This document shows positions 55,184 through 64,000 of a stretch of 64,000 nt of DNA, in pieces. The translations under genes and the position numbers were made by a program. Source of the stretch: Nocardioidaceae bacterium (GTDB lineage: Bacteria > Actinomycetota > Actinomycetes > Propionibacteriales > Nocardioidaceae). Under the pieces are notes generated by a model. The model did no database searches and was not told the origin of the DNA. It worked only from the letters and a program-made list of their open reading frames with translations. Position 1 is the first letter of the stretch, and the number at the start of each line of letters is the position of its first letter. The stretch lies in the NCBI GenBank assembly GCA_044866695.1, contig JBIOUF010000014.1, positions 30,873 through 94,872 on the forward strand, read 5' to 3'.

Positions 55184-56563
55184 TCAGGGCTCCCAGTGGT
55201 TGCGGTTGGCGGCGCCGCCGGGGCCGGCCAGGTAGCCGACGAACCGGCCGCCCTCGTCGCGGACCGCGCGGATCTCCTCCAGACGGCGCCACGCGTCGTC
55301 GGACAGCACGCGGAGCTGGCGACGGGAGAGGTCGCTGTCGCCCAGGTACTGCCCGACCGTGACCGGCTCGAGGTCGGCCATGGCGGACGCCAGCCAGGCC
55401 TGGTGCGCGTCGTCCTCCGCCGGGTCCTCCCACAGCACGTAGCTGGCCAGGTAGATCTCCGACTGCAGCGAGAAGGCCATGTCGGGCAGCTCCCGCAGCG
55501 GCGCCATGCTGAACCAGATCGTGAAGCTCTTGGCGTTCGGCAAGGTGGTGTACGCGCGCCGCATCGCGGGCACCACCTGGCCGGCCGAGCCGGACAGCCA
55601 GGCGTTGTCGACGGCCCAGCGGTGCCCCTCGGGGTTGTCGTGCAGCTGGCGCTTGCGTTGCTCGTCGAGCGTGGTCGGCACCGCGTCGTGCACCAGCAGC
55701 GCCCGGTCGAGGGCGGGGCAGGAGCGGAACGGCGCCAGCGCCCGGTCGGCCTGCGCCGGGTCGGCGACGAAGGCGAGGCCGGTGACGACCAGCACCGGCC
55801 CGGGCGCGAGGGTGGGGTCGGTCTTGGTCAGGGCGACGATCTCGACCGTGTCGGCCACGGCCGAGTGGGTCTCGTGCAGCCAGGTCATCACCTCGTCGAA
55901 GTCGTCGAGGGAGTACGCGTGGACGGTCTGGGCCAGATGCCCGGGCGCCGGCATGGTGCGCAGGTGGAACCGGGTGACCACGCCGAAGAAGCCGGGCCCG
56001 GCGCCCCGGGCGGCCCAGAACAGGTCGCTGTTGGTGCGCGCGTCCGCCCGGACCAGCTCGCCGTCGGCCGTCACGACGTCGACCGCCTCGACGTGCTCGG
56101 CGGCCCAGCCCCAGCCGCGGGCGTTCCAGCCCTGCCCGCCTTGCAACAGGAAGCCGCCGATGCCCACCGTGGGGCAGTGGCCGCCGACGAAGAACCGGCC
56201 CCGGGACTCCAGGTACGGCGCCAGCTCGGCACCGCCCCGGACGGCGGGGGACGCCGTCGCGATGCCGGTCGCCTCGTCGTACCCGATCTCGCGCAGCCCG
56301 CCCAGGTCGAGCACCAGGGTGTCCTCGCGCAGCGACCAGTGGGCCCAGCTGTGCCCTCCGGAGCGCACGGCCACCTGCCAGCCGCGCTGCCCGGCCAGCC
56401 GGACGCCGCGGACGACGTCCTGCTCGCTGGCCACGCGCAGGACCGCGGCCGGGACCCGGCCGGGCAGGCGGCGGTTGAAGATCCGGTCGACGCTGGCGAC
56501 CTCGAAGCCGGGCTCCCCACGCAGCAGCAGCTCGCCGTCGAGGTCCGGGAGCCCGGAGGTCAT
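55184..56563 (-). CDS. FAD-linked oxidase (PCMH/BBE-like)
   Basis: Trimmed to ATG 56563, which has an ATGA overlap with the upstream gene. It carries AVRSGGHSW...GGHCPTVGIGGFLLQGGQGW...DLFWAARGAGPGFFGVVT. Confidence 0.9.
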   Translation of the reverse strand: MTSGLPDLDGELLLRGEPGFEVASVDRIFNRRLPGRVPAAVLRVASEQDVVRGVRLAGQRGWQVAVRSGGHSWAHWSLREDTLVLDLGGLREIGYDEATGIATASPAVRGGAELAPYLESRGRFFVGGHCPTVGIGGFLLQGGQGWNARGWGWAAEHVEAVDVVTADGELVRADARTNSDLFWAARGAGPGFFGVVTRFHLRTMPAPGHLAQTVHAYSLDDFDEVMTWLHETHSAVADTVEIVALTKTDPTLAPGPVLVVTGLAFVADPAQADRALAPFRSCPALDRALLVHDAVPTTLDEQRKRQLHDNPEGHRWAVDNAWLSGSAGQVVPAMRRAYTTLPNAKSFTIWFSMAPLRELPDMAFSLQSEIYLASYVLWEDPAEDDAHQAWLASAMADLEPVTVGQYLGDSDLSRRQLRVLSDDAWRRLEEIRAVRDEGGRFVGYLAGPGGAANRNHWEP

Positions 56564-57693
56564 GCCGGCTCGGTCAACGCGTGCAGCGTCTGGCCCATGA
56601 TCCGGCCGGGGTCCGCGCCAGGAGTGTCGGGGTGGATCTCCCACTCGGCCAGCTGCAGGCTGTTGTCGAGCACCATCTTCACCCGCGGGAACCGGCGGGC
56701 CATGAACGCCTGCAGCGCCTCGTCGACCGGGTCCCCTCCGGTGAGCAGCTCGGCGAGCACGACCGCGTCCTCGGCGCACATCGCGGCGCCCTGGGCGATC
56801 AGCGGCGGGCAGGCGTGCGCGGCGTCCCCGATGATGATGGTCCGGCCGCGGTACCACGGCGACTCCACGCAGACCGACTCGATGTACTGGTAGTTGACCA
56901 CCGCGTCGTCGGCGAGGCCGTCGCGCACCTGGCCCCAGACCCCGCCGTACCCCTGTCCGTGCTCCTTGAGGACCTTCCCGTTGGGGTGCTCGCCGACGTA
57001 GGACCGGTCGAGGTTCTCCTCGAGGAGGAACGCGTAGCACAGGTCGTCGGAGATCGGCGTGTAGCCGGCCTTGTACTTCGGCCCCCCGTAGTACAGCCCG
57101 GAGCTGTCCAGCGCCTCCGGCCGGTCGGCGACCACGCGCCAGATGCCCATGCCGACCGTCCGCGGCTCGTCGTGGATGCCGATCATCCCGCGGACCTTCG
57201 AGCGGATGCCGTCGGCTCCGACCAGCAGGTCGACGGTCTCGGTCGAGCCGTCGGAGAGGGTGACGGTGACCGAGTCGCCGTGGTCGGCGATGTCGCTCAC
57301 GGTGGTGCCGAGGCGTACGTCGACGCCGGCCTCCGCGATGTGCCGGGCCAGCACGTCGGCGACGTGGGACCGCAGGGCGCCCATCGTGGGTGGGACCTCC
57401 GAGCCCCCCATCGGCGGGGTCGGGATCGCCATGATCTCGGTGCCGTCGGCGGCGAACATCCGCAGCTTGTCGAACCCGTACCCGTGCTCGGCGATCTCGT
57501 CGTAGACGCCGACCTGGTGGAAGGCCTTGAGCGCGTTGCCCTGCAAGGTGATGCCGTGGCCGATGCCGCCGAGCTCGGAGCGCAGCTCGACGAGCACCAC
57601 CTCGACGCCGCGCTGGGCCAGCGCGAGGGACAGGACGCCGCCGCTGATGCCGCCGCCGACGATCAGGACGCGGCGGACCTGGGACTCAGGCAT
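56560..57693 (-). CDS. FAD-dependent aromatic-ring monooxygenase (class A flavoprotein hydroxylase)
   Basis: VLIVGGGISGGVLSLALAQRG...LVGADGIRSKVR...IGDAAHACPPLIAQGAAMCAEDA. Confidence 0.9.
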   Translation of the reverse strand: MPESQVRRVLIVGGGISGGVLSLALAQRGVEVVLVELRSELGGIGHGITLQGNALKAFHQVGVYDEIAEHGYGFDKLRMFAADGTEIMAIPTPPMGGSEVPPTMGALRSHVADVLARHIAEAGVDVRLGTTVSDIADHGDSVTVTLSDGSTETVDLLVGADGIRSKVRGMIGIHDEPRTVGMGIWRVVADRPEALDSSGLYYGGPKYKAGYTPISDDLCYAFLLEENLDRSYVGEHPNGKVLKEHGQGYGGVWGQVRDGLADDAVVNYQYIESVCVESPWYRGRTIIIGDAAHACPPLIAQGAAMCAEDAVVLAELLTGGDPVDEALQAFMARRFPRVKMVLDNSLQLAEWEIHPDTPGADPGRIMGQTLHALTEPA

Positions 57694-57720
57694 GGTGGGC
57701 TCCTCGTGGGTGAGCAGGGG

Positions 57721-58533
57721 TCAGGCGGGGGCGGGGACGGGGAACATGGAGGGCCGGGCGCCGGTGATCCAGCCGACGACGTGGTCGGTCTCGGTGTCGG
57801 CGACCGCCACGTCGGCGACCTTGCGGCCCCGGTTGAGGACGACCACGCGGTCGGCCACGGCCTCGCAGAGCGGCAGGTTGTGGGTCACCAGCACGATGGC
57901 GATGCCGTGGTCGGCCATGCGCCGGATCAGCGCCTCGACCTGCCTGGTCTGCTCGTAGCCGAGCGCCGCGGTCGGCTCGTCCAGGAGCAGCACGCCCTGG
58001 GACTCCCCGCCCACCCGGATCGCGCTGCGGGCCAGGGCCACGACCTGGCGCTGGCCGCCGGAGAGCATCTCGACCGGGCGGGTCATCGGCGCGGTGCGTA
58101 CGCCGAGCCGGTCGAGCTCCTGCTCGGAGGCGCGCCGCATCGCCTTGTGGTCCACGAAGCCGAGCCAGCCGAGGAACCCCGGCCGCAGGCGTTCGCGTCC
58201 GAGGTTGAGGTTGGTCGAGATGTCCTGGGCCTCGACCAGCGCGAGGTCCTGGTAGACCATCTGGATGCCCGCCGCGGCGGAGTCGCTTGGCGCGTGGAAC
58301 GCCTTCTCCTCGCCGCGGACGCGGATCGTGCCGGTGGAGGGCCGGTGCGCGCCCGACATGACCTTGAGCAGAGTGGACTTGCCCGCCCCGTTGTCGCCGA
58401 GCAGGCCGACGACCTCACCGGGCATGACCCTGAAGTCGATCCCGTCCAGGGCGCGGACGAAGCCGTAGTGCAGCTCGATGCCGCTGAGCTCGAGGGCCGG
58501 GGTGGTGGCGGCGGAGTCTGTCGAGGCCATCAC
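57721..58533 (-). CDS. ABC transporter ATP-binding protein (single NBD, sugar/CUT2-like)
   Basis: GDNGAGKSTLLK...LSGGQRQVVALAR...LLLDEPTAAL. Confidence 0.9.
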   Translation of the reverse strand: MMASTDSAATTPALELSGIELHYGFVRALDGIDFRVMPGEVVGLLGDNGAGKSTLLKVMSGAHRPSTGTIRVRGEEKAFHAPSDSAAAGIQMVYQDLALVEAQDISTNLNLGRERLRPGFLGWLGFVDHKAMRRASEQELDRLGVRTAPMTRPVEMLSGGQRQVVALARSAIRVGGESQGVLLLDEPTAALGYEQTRQVEALIRRMADHGIAIVLVTHNLPLCEAVADRVVVLNRGRKVADVAVADTETDHVVGWITGARPSMFPVPAPA

Positions 58534-58536
58534 GGC

Positions 58537-59622
58537 TCAGACCTTCCTCTGGTGGACGGACAGGTTCGCGGTCGCCATGAGGCGCTCGGAGACGCTGGTC
58601 TGGATGACCCGCTCCAGGGCCAGCGAGCCCAGCAGCAGCGCGCCGGTGCACACGGTGGCCCAGTACGGCTGGATCCCGCGGATGGTCAGGCCGTTGGCGA
58701 TCGTGGCGAGGATCAGCGCGCCGACCAGCACGCGGGGCAGGCTGCCCCGGCCGCCGGTCAGCGCGACGCCGGCGAGGGCCACCGCGGTCAGCGCGTTGAA
58801 GATGATGGCCGGGCTGGCCTCGGGGCTGGCCTCGGTCACCACTGCCGTGCTCACCAGCCCACCGAGCGCCGCGAGCAGGCCGGAGATCACGAAGCCGAGC
58901 ACCTGGTAGCGAGGGCTGTGGATCCCGGACCGCCGCACCGCCTCGGCGTTGCCGCCGACCGCCATCAGCCGGATCCCGTCCCGGGTGCGGGTCAGGAAGA
59001 CCGTGCCGACGAGGAACACGACCGCGACGATGTACACCGGGGCGGGGACGCCGAAGTAGCGGTCGGTCCCCATGAACGTGAGCTGGGTGAGGCCGGGGAA
59101 GGTGTACCCGCCGGCCACGACCGCGGCCAGGCCGGACAGCACCGACAGGGTGCCGATGGTGACGATGATCGGGTTGAAGCCGCGCAGCGCGATCAGGCCG
59201 TTGACGATGCCGACCACGACACCGCAGGCCAGGCCCGCGGCGAGCCCGAGCCAGGTCGGCTGGCCGTGGGTGAGCAGCCAGCCGCAGACGCAGGCGGCGA
59301 TCGCCGCGGTGCCGGGCAGGGACAGGTCGAGGACGCCGGTCATGATGCCGATGCCGACGCCGGCGGCGAACAGCGCCGTGATCGCGGCGGCGTTGCCGAT
59401 CAGCAGCGCGTTGTCGACGGTGAAGAAGTACGGCGCGCACCAGAACGCGAACACCACGATCAGCAGCGCCCACAGGATGAAGATGCCGCGGTCGCGGAGG
59501 AACACCAGCACCGACACGGCGCGCGGGACGTCGTGACCGGTCGGGACCGGCGACCCGCCACGGCTGGTCGCCTCGGGGACCTTCGGTGCCGTCCCGGGGC
59601 TCGTCGGCGTCGTCATGGTCAT
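58537..59622 (-). CDS. ABC transporter permease (ribose/xylose-type, BPD_transp_2)
   Basis: 361 aa, about 10 hydrophobic segments, with the typical GGIDLSVG-like block TGVLDLSLPG. Confidence 0.9.
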   Translation of the reverse strand: MTMTTPTSPGTAPKVPEATSRGGSPVPTGHDVPRAVSVLVFLRDRGIFILWALLIVVFAFWCAPYFFTVDNALLIGNAAAITALFAAGVGIGIMTGVLDLSLPGTAAIAACVCGWLLTHGQPTWLGLAAGLACGVVVGIVNGLIALRGFNPIIVTIGTLSVLSGLAAVVAGGYTFPGLTQLTFMGTDRYFGVPAPVYIVAVVFLVGTVFLTRTRDGIRLMAVGGNAEAVRRSGIHSPRYQVLGFVISGLLAALGGLVSTAVVTEASPEASPAIIFNALTAVALAGVALTGGRGSLPRVLVGALILATIANGLTIRGIQPYWATVCTGALLLGSLALERVIQTSVSERLMATANLSVHQRKV

Positions 59623-60629
59623 CAGCCCTCCGCCTTGACGACCTCTTGCGGCACGGTGAGCTGCACGCCCTCGGCGGTCGGGTCGTCGATCATCGCGACC
59701 AGGGCGTCGAAGGACTGGGTCATGTCCTTGTCGAACTGCAGCACGACGGACGCGTAGATCTTGCCGTCCTTCACCGCGGCGAGGACCTCGTCGTTGCCGC
59801 CGGCCTCGGTGAGGCAGGTCAGCTTCTTGCCGGCCGCCGCGAACGCCCCGAGCGCGCCGAGCGCGCCCTCGTCGTTGTTGCCGAGCACGGCCTGCACGTC
59901 GGGGTTGCCCTGCAGGGCGTTGCCGACGTCGGTCTGTGCCTTCTGCCGGTCGGTGACCACGACGGTGGACACGATCTTCGCCTCCGGCGCGGTGGCGGCG
60001 AGGGCCTCCTTGGCCGACGTCTCGAGCTGCTCCTTGCCGGCGGTGCCCGGGCTGTTCTCCTGGAAGATCACCTCCGCCTTGCCGTCCAGCCGCTCGTTGA
60101 TGCAGTTGCCGAGCTCCTCGCCGATCGCCTTGCCCTGCGCCTCGTAGTCGATGGTCGAGAACGACACCAGCGGGGCGAGGCCGTCCAGGCCGTAGTCCTG
60201 CGGCGTCCCGTTGAGGATCATCGGCACCTCCTCCTCCTGGGCCTTCTTCACCAGCGCCGACAGCGAGGACGGCTGGACGGCGATCACCCAGGCGCCGGCC
60301 GCGCGGCCGGACTCGATGACGCTCTGCAGGTCGGTCACCTGCTTCTGCGGGTCGAGGTCGGGGTCCTGCACGATCACCTCGTAGCCCTTGCTCTCGCCGT
60401 ACTTCTGGACTCCCTCGGAGAGCCCCTTCATGGCGGGGATCTTGAGCGCGAGGGGCGAGAAGACGATGGTCTTGGATGCGGAGTCGCCGCCCGAGTCGGA
60501 CCCCGATGCGCCGGCGGGCTGGGTGTCACCGGAGCCGCACGCTGCGAGCAGCGTCAGGCCTCCGACGGCGAGGGCGGCCAGGGCAGTCCTGGTGGTCGAC
60601 CTGGCGCGCCTAGCAGAGTGGGACGTCAC
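59622..60629 (-). CDS. Periplasmic-binding-protein (PBP1, sugar-type) lipoprotein of the ABC transporter
   Basis: Trimmed to GTG 60629, which has AGGAGAG upstream. The lipobox is LTLLAACGSG. Confidence 0.85.
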   Translation of the reverse strand: MTSHSARRARSTTRTALAALAVGGLTLLAACGSGDTQPAGASGSDSGGDSASKTIVFSPLALKIPAMKGLSEGVQKYGESKGYEVIVQDPDLDPQKQVTDLQSVIESGRAAGAWVIAVQPSSLSALVKKAQEEEVPMILNGTPQDYGLDGLAPLVSFSTIDYEAQGKAIGEELGNCINERLDGKAEVIFQENSPGTAGKEQLETSAKEALAATAPEAKIVSTVVVTDRQKAQTDVGNALQGNPDVQAVLGNNDEGALGALGAFAAAGKKLTCLTEAGGNDEVLAAVKDGKIYASVVLQFDKDMTQSFDALVAMIDDPTAEGVQLTVPQEVVKAEG

Positions 60630-60848
60630 GTTTCTCTCCTGCGGGTCGCGGCGGCCGGGCCGCCTGTGGGTTCGGTCACAGGAAACACGGCGGGCGGTGC
60701 CGCCGGAACCCCGATCGCGGTGATGCCTGGCATCGGCGGGCGCACTTTCCCCGCCCGCGCGCACCCGCCTAGCGTGTCTGGCACGAACACCACATCCTGG
60801 TCTCACCGCCGAACCCGTACCAGACATCGAACCCGAACAGGAGCTCCC

Positions 60849-61139
60849 ATGGCCTACGTCGTCTCCGCGGTCTGGACCGCCCAGCCCGGTCAGGAGGACG
60901 TCGTCCGCGACGCCATCGAGAAGCTGACCCCGCCGTCCCGGCAGGAGCCGGGCAACCGGTTCTACCAGGCCTACCAGGACCCCGCCGAGCCCTCGGTGTT
61001 CCGGCTCTTCGAGATCTACGACGACGAGGAGGCCTACGCCGCCCACGGCGCGTCGGACCACTTCGCCGAGCACGCGCTGGGCCGGGCCATCCCGGTGCTC
61101 GCCGAGCGTGAGCGGGCCTTCTACGAGACGATCGGCTGA
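60849..61139 (+). CDS. Antibiotic-biosynthesis-monooxygenase (ABM) domain protein
   Basis: 96 aa from ATG 60849: ...FYQAYQDPAEPSVFRLFEIYDDEEAYAAHGASDHF. Confidence 0.85.
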   Translation: MAYVVSAVWTAQPGQEDVVRDAIEKLTPPSRQEPGNRFYQAYQDPAEPSVFRLFEIYDDEEAYAAHGASDHFAEHALGRAIPVLAERERAFYETIG

Positions 61140-61147
61140 GGCAGGTC

Positions 61148-62131
61148 ATGCGCCTCGCCGCCTTCCGCACGGCTGGGGAGCCCGAAGGGGTCCGCCGCGT
61201 CGGCCTGGTGGTCGGAGACGGCCCGGACTGGTGGCTGCACGCGTTCCCCGAGGGCACCGACCTGGTCGGCCTGCTGGCGGCGGATCCCGGCGACCGCGAG
61301 GCGGCCGCCGACGCCGCCGCCCAGACCGACGGCCTGCGCCCCGCCCAGGTCGTGCTGCTGCCGCCGGTCTACCCCGTCGCGATGCGGGACTTCCTGACCT
61401 TCGAGGCCCACGTCGAGGGCGTCGGCAAGGGCATGCAGGGCCAGGCGTCCGTGCCGCCGGAGTGGTACGCCGCCCCCTCGTTCCTGTTCATGGCGCCGCA
61501 CGCGGTCACCGGCCCGTACGACGACGTGGCCATGCCACCGGACACCGAGCGGCTCGACTACGAGCTGGAGATCGCGGCCGTCGTCTGCCGCGACGTGCGC
61601 AACGTGAGCCCGCAGGAGGCCCGCCGGGCCATCGGCGGCTACTGCGTCATGAACGACTGGTCCGCCCGCGACGTGCAGGGACGGGAGATGAAGCTCGGCC
61701 TCGGCCCGTCGAAGGGCAAGGACTTCGCGACCACGATCGGCCCCTGGGTGGTCACCGCCGACGAGCTCGAGCACTGCCGCGACCGGGACGGCTTCCTGGA
61801 CCTGGAGATGTCGGTGCGGGTCAACGGCGTCCGGACCGGTGGCGACCGGTCGGGCCACATGGGCTGGTCCTTCGAGCAGATGGTCTCCTACGCGTCGCGG
61901 GCCTCGTGGGTGAAGGCCGGCGAGGTGCTGGCCTCCGGCACCTGCGGCTCCGGCGCCCTGGCGGAGCTCTGGGGCCGCAGCGGCTCCCTTACCCCGCCGC
62001 CGATCCAGGTCGGGGACGTCGTGGAGATGTCGGTCGAGCGGGTCGGCACCGTGCGCAACCGGGTGGTCCGGGGCACTGAGCAGGTCCCGCCCGTCGTGCC
62101 CGCCCGTCGTCGCGTCCGCGAGGAGGTGTGA
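61148..62131 (+). CDS. Fumarylacetoacetate hydrolase (FAH) family protein
   Basis: LDYELEIAAVV...GYCVMNDWSARD.Q..E...GLGP.KGKDF. Confidence 0.9.
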   Translation: MRLAAFRTAGEPEGVRRVGLVVGDGPDWWLHAFPEGTDLVGLLAADPGDREAAADAAAQTDGLRPAQVVLLPPVYPVAMRDFLTFEAHVEGVGKGMQGQASVPPEWYAAPSFLFMAPHAVTGPYDDVAMPPDTERLDYELEIAAVVCRDVRNVSPQEARRAIGGYCVMNDWSARDVQGREMKLGLGPSKGKDFATTIGPWVVTADELEHCRDRDGFLDLEMSVRVNGVRTGGDRSGHMGWSFEQMVSYASRASWVKAGEVLASGTCGSGALAELWGRSGSLTPPPIQVGDVVEMSVERVGTVRNRVVRGTEQVPPVVPARRRVREEV

Positions 62132-62610
62132 GCGTGGCTTCGGCACCGGGGCCGGCCCTGGACCACGTCGGCCTCACCGTCGGCGACCTGGCCGCCATGC
62201 GCTCCTGGTACGTCGAGGCGCTGGGCCTCGAGGTCGAGTTCGAGTTCGCCCTTCCCCAGCACGACTTCCGCGGGTCGATGCTGCGCGGTCCGGCGTACCG
62301 CGTCGAGCTGCTCGAACGGGCCGGCAGCGACGCCGGCCTGCAGGCGTCCGGCCCCGTCGAGGCCGCGCTGACCCGCGGGTTCGGGCACGTGGCCTTCGAC
62401 GTGCCCGACGTGGACGCGGCCTACGACCGCCTGGTCGGGCTCGGCGCCACCGACCGGATGTCGCCGCGGCCGTCGCCGGAGCCGGGCGTCCGGATGGCGT
62501 ACGTCGCCGACCCGGAGGGCAACCTGGTGGAGCTGCTGGACCGCAGCGCCGCACAGTCCCGGCCGCACCCCCCACACGTCAGCCGTTCGGAAGGAAGGGC
62601 AGAGCAGTGA
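62128..62610 (+). CDS. VOC (glyoxalase/bleomycin-resistance/dioxygenase) family protein
   Basis: LDHVGLTVGDLAAMRSWY...GFGHVAFDVPDVDAAYDRL...DPEGNLVELL. The start may be GTG 62134, which has better spacing from AGGAGG. Confidence 0.85.
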   Translation: MSVASAPGPALDHVGLTVGDLAAMRSWYVEALGLEVEFEFALPQHDFRGSMLRGPAYRVELLERAGSDAGLQASGPVEAALTRGFGHVAFDVPDVDAAYDRLVGLGATDRMSPRPSPEPGVRMAYVADPEGNLVELLDRSAAQSRPHPPHVSRSEGRAEQ

Positions 62611-63560
62611 CGAACAGCCACCTCAACGAGTTCGGGATCACCCACCTGCGGCACGTGGACCTGGCCGTCCCCGACTACGACACCCAGCGCCGGTTCTACA
62701 AGGAGACCTGGGGCCTGTCGGAGGTCGGCACGGACGGCGACCTGTCCTACCTGGCCGCCGAGGGGTCGCCGGAGCAGTACATCGTCCGGCTCCGCCGGGC
62801 CACCGAGAAGCGCCTGGACCTGGTGTCCTTCGGCGCCGAGAGCGAGCCGGCCGTCGACGCGCTCGCTGCGAAGCTGGGCTCCGAGGGCGTGCAGCTGGTC
62901 AGCCAGCCGGTCGAGCTGCAGACGGCAGGAGGCGGCTACGGATTCAGGTTCTTCGACATCGACGGCCGCACGGTCGAGGTGTCCGCGAGCGTGGAGACCC
63001 GGCAGCACCGGCCGATCGAGGAGGGAGAGGCCATCCCCGTGCGGCTGTCGCACGCGGTGATGAACTCCCAGGACCCCAACGCCACCCGCGACTGGTACGT
63101 GGAGCACCTCGGCTTCAAGCTCAGCGACAGCCTGTGGAGCCAGCACATGGGCGAGATGATGCACTTCATGCGCTGCAACGACTGGCACCACAGCCTGGCG
63201 GTCGCCCGCGGCCCGCACACGTCGGTGCACCACGTGTCGTTCGAGATGCGCGGCCTCGACGAGTACATGCGAGGCACCGGGCGGGTCATGCGCGCGGGCA
63301 TCAAGAAGGTCTGGGGGCCCGGCCGGCACCTGGCCGGCAACAACACGTTCTCCTACTTCATCGACCCCAGCGGCAACACGATGGAGTACACCACCGAGCT
63401 CGAGCGGCTCGAGACCGACGAGTGGCACCCGAGCCTGTACGACATCGGCGACCCGAACGTCCAGGACCAGTGGGGCACCGCCGACCCGATGAGCGAGCTC
63501 ATCGCCCGGGAGAGCTTCAACAGCCCGGACAAGGGCGTGTTCGTCGCCCCTCCGGTCTGA
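62607..63560 (+). CDS. Type I extradiol ring-cleavage dioxygenase (two-VOC-domain, catechol 2,3-dioxygenase-like)
   Basis: THLRHVDLAVPD...RLSHAVMNS...HHSLAV...VHHVSFEM...GRH..GNN.FSYF.DPSGN.MEY. Confidence 0.85.
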   Translation: MTNSHLNEFGITHLRHVDLAVPDYDTQRRFYKETWGLSEVGTDGDLSYLAAEGSPEQYIVRLRRATEKRLDLVSFGAESEPAVDALAAKLGSEGVQLVSQPVELQTAGGGYGFRFFDIDGRTVEVSASVETRQHRPIEEGEAIPVRLSHAVMNSQDPNATRDWYVEHLGFKLSDSLWSQHMGEMMHFMRCNDWHHSLAVARGPHTSVHHVSFEMRGLDEYMRGTGRVMRAGIKKVWGPGRHLAGNNTFSYFIDPSGNTMEYTTELERLETDEWHPSLYDIGDPNVQDQWGTADPMSELIARESFNSPDKGVFVAPPV

Positions 63561-63580
63561 GCCGCCGGTCCGGACGCGTC

Positions 63581-64000
63581 ATGGTCAACCTGACCGGAAA
63601 GCTCGCGGGCAAGGTCGTCGTCGTCACCGGCGGTGCCCGTGGGCAGGGTGCCGCGGAGGTGACCGCGCTGGCCACCGAGGGCGCGAAGGTGGTCGCGGTC
63701 GACGTGCTCGACGAGGCCGGCAAGGAGCTCGGCATCGCCGCGGAGTACGCCGGCCACGACGTCACCTACCGCCACCTCGACGTGCGCGAGGCCGACGCCT
63801 GGGCCGAGCTCGCCGAGTGGCTGGGTGCCGAGCACGGCCGCGTCGACGCGCTGGTCAACAACGCCGGCGTGGCCGGCCGGGACCGGCTGCCGCACGTCGA
63901 CCTGGACACCTGGCGGCGCACGTTCGACGTCAACGTCACCGGCCCGCTGCTCGGCATCCAGGCGCTGGTGCCGCTCATGCCTCGCGGGTCCTCGATCGTC
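63581..64000 (+). CDS. SDR-family oxidoreductase, 5' part; continues beyond window end
   Basis: GKVVVVTGGARGQGAAE...LVNNAGV.... Confidence 0.85.
   Translation, partial: MVNLTGKLAGKVVVVTGGARGQGAAEVTALATEGAKVVAVDVLDEAGKELGIAAEYAGHDVTYRHLDVREADAWAELAEWLGAEHGRVDALVNNAGVAGRDRLPHVDLDTWRRTFDVNVTGPLLGIQALVPLMPRGSSIV

Noticed and set aside
45188-59757. Other giant shadow ORFs (45188..47461+, 48132..49850-, 51564..54191+, 52461..54221-, 56581..59757+)
   Set aside because: Each lies opposite a confidently identified gene or runs through G-rich repeats. Their composition is biased and no catalytic or structural motifs are present.

Overview
Very GC-rich (by eye, not computed), gene-dense, actinobacterial-type chromosomal DNA. 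I found no rRNA, tRNA, CRISPR array, transposase or integrase by eye. All family calls come from motif recognition in the supplied translations; no searches were run.

**Contractile injection system (1-12.5 kb, minus strand).** This is the promoter-proximal part of a phage-tail-like contractile injection system (eCIS/CIS) operon with no phage head or lysis genes in view. The gene order is:
- a small ORF and two tandem SARP-type regulators;
- a DUF4255-like cap, then sheath, then tube;
- a zinc-ribbon assembly protein whose 3' end carries a canonical -1 slippery heptamer (T_TTT_TTA) opening into a 56-codon ORF, a gpG/gpGT-like arrangement;
- three consecutive large helical/hydrophobic proteins in the tape-measure slot;
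- a CIS-tube-like gene cut by the window edge.

This locus is the best candidate for something new, specifically the recoding site and the tripled, membrane-like tape-measure slot.

**Rest of the window (housekeeping/accessory metabolism):**
- a sugar ABC transporter;
- two aldo/keto reductases with an MmyB-like regulator;
- an ArsR-SRPBCC pair;
- a LAL-type LuxR regulator;
- an arcD-arcA locus with a decayed NhaC gene;
- an ALDH7-like / FAD oxidase / PLP decarboxylase operon;
- a two-gene AmmeMemoRadiSam set;
- an MMPL transporter with a roughly 300-aa coiled-coil insertion and an odd Pro-rich tail;
- a GH78 rhamnosidase;
- an inverted pair of paralogous LysR regulators;
- a ring-cleavage catabolic cluster with its own ABC importer.

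**Non-coding features.** Several intergenic repeat families recur: palindromic ~40-nt units, a 22-bp tandem repeat at two loci in opposite orientation, and G-rich 32-bp tandem repeats. There are also several gene relics.
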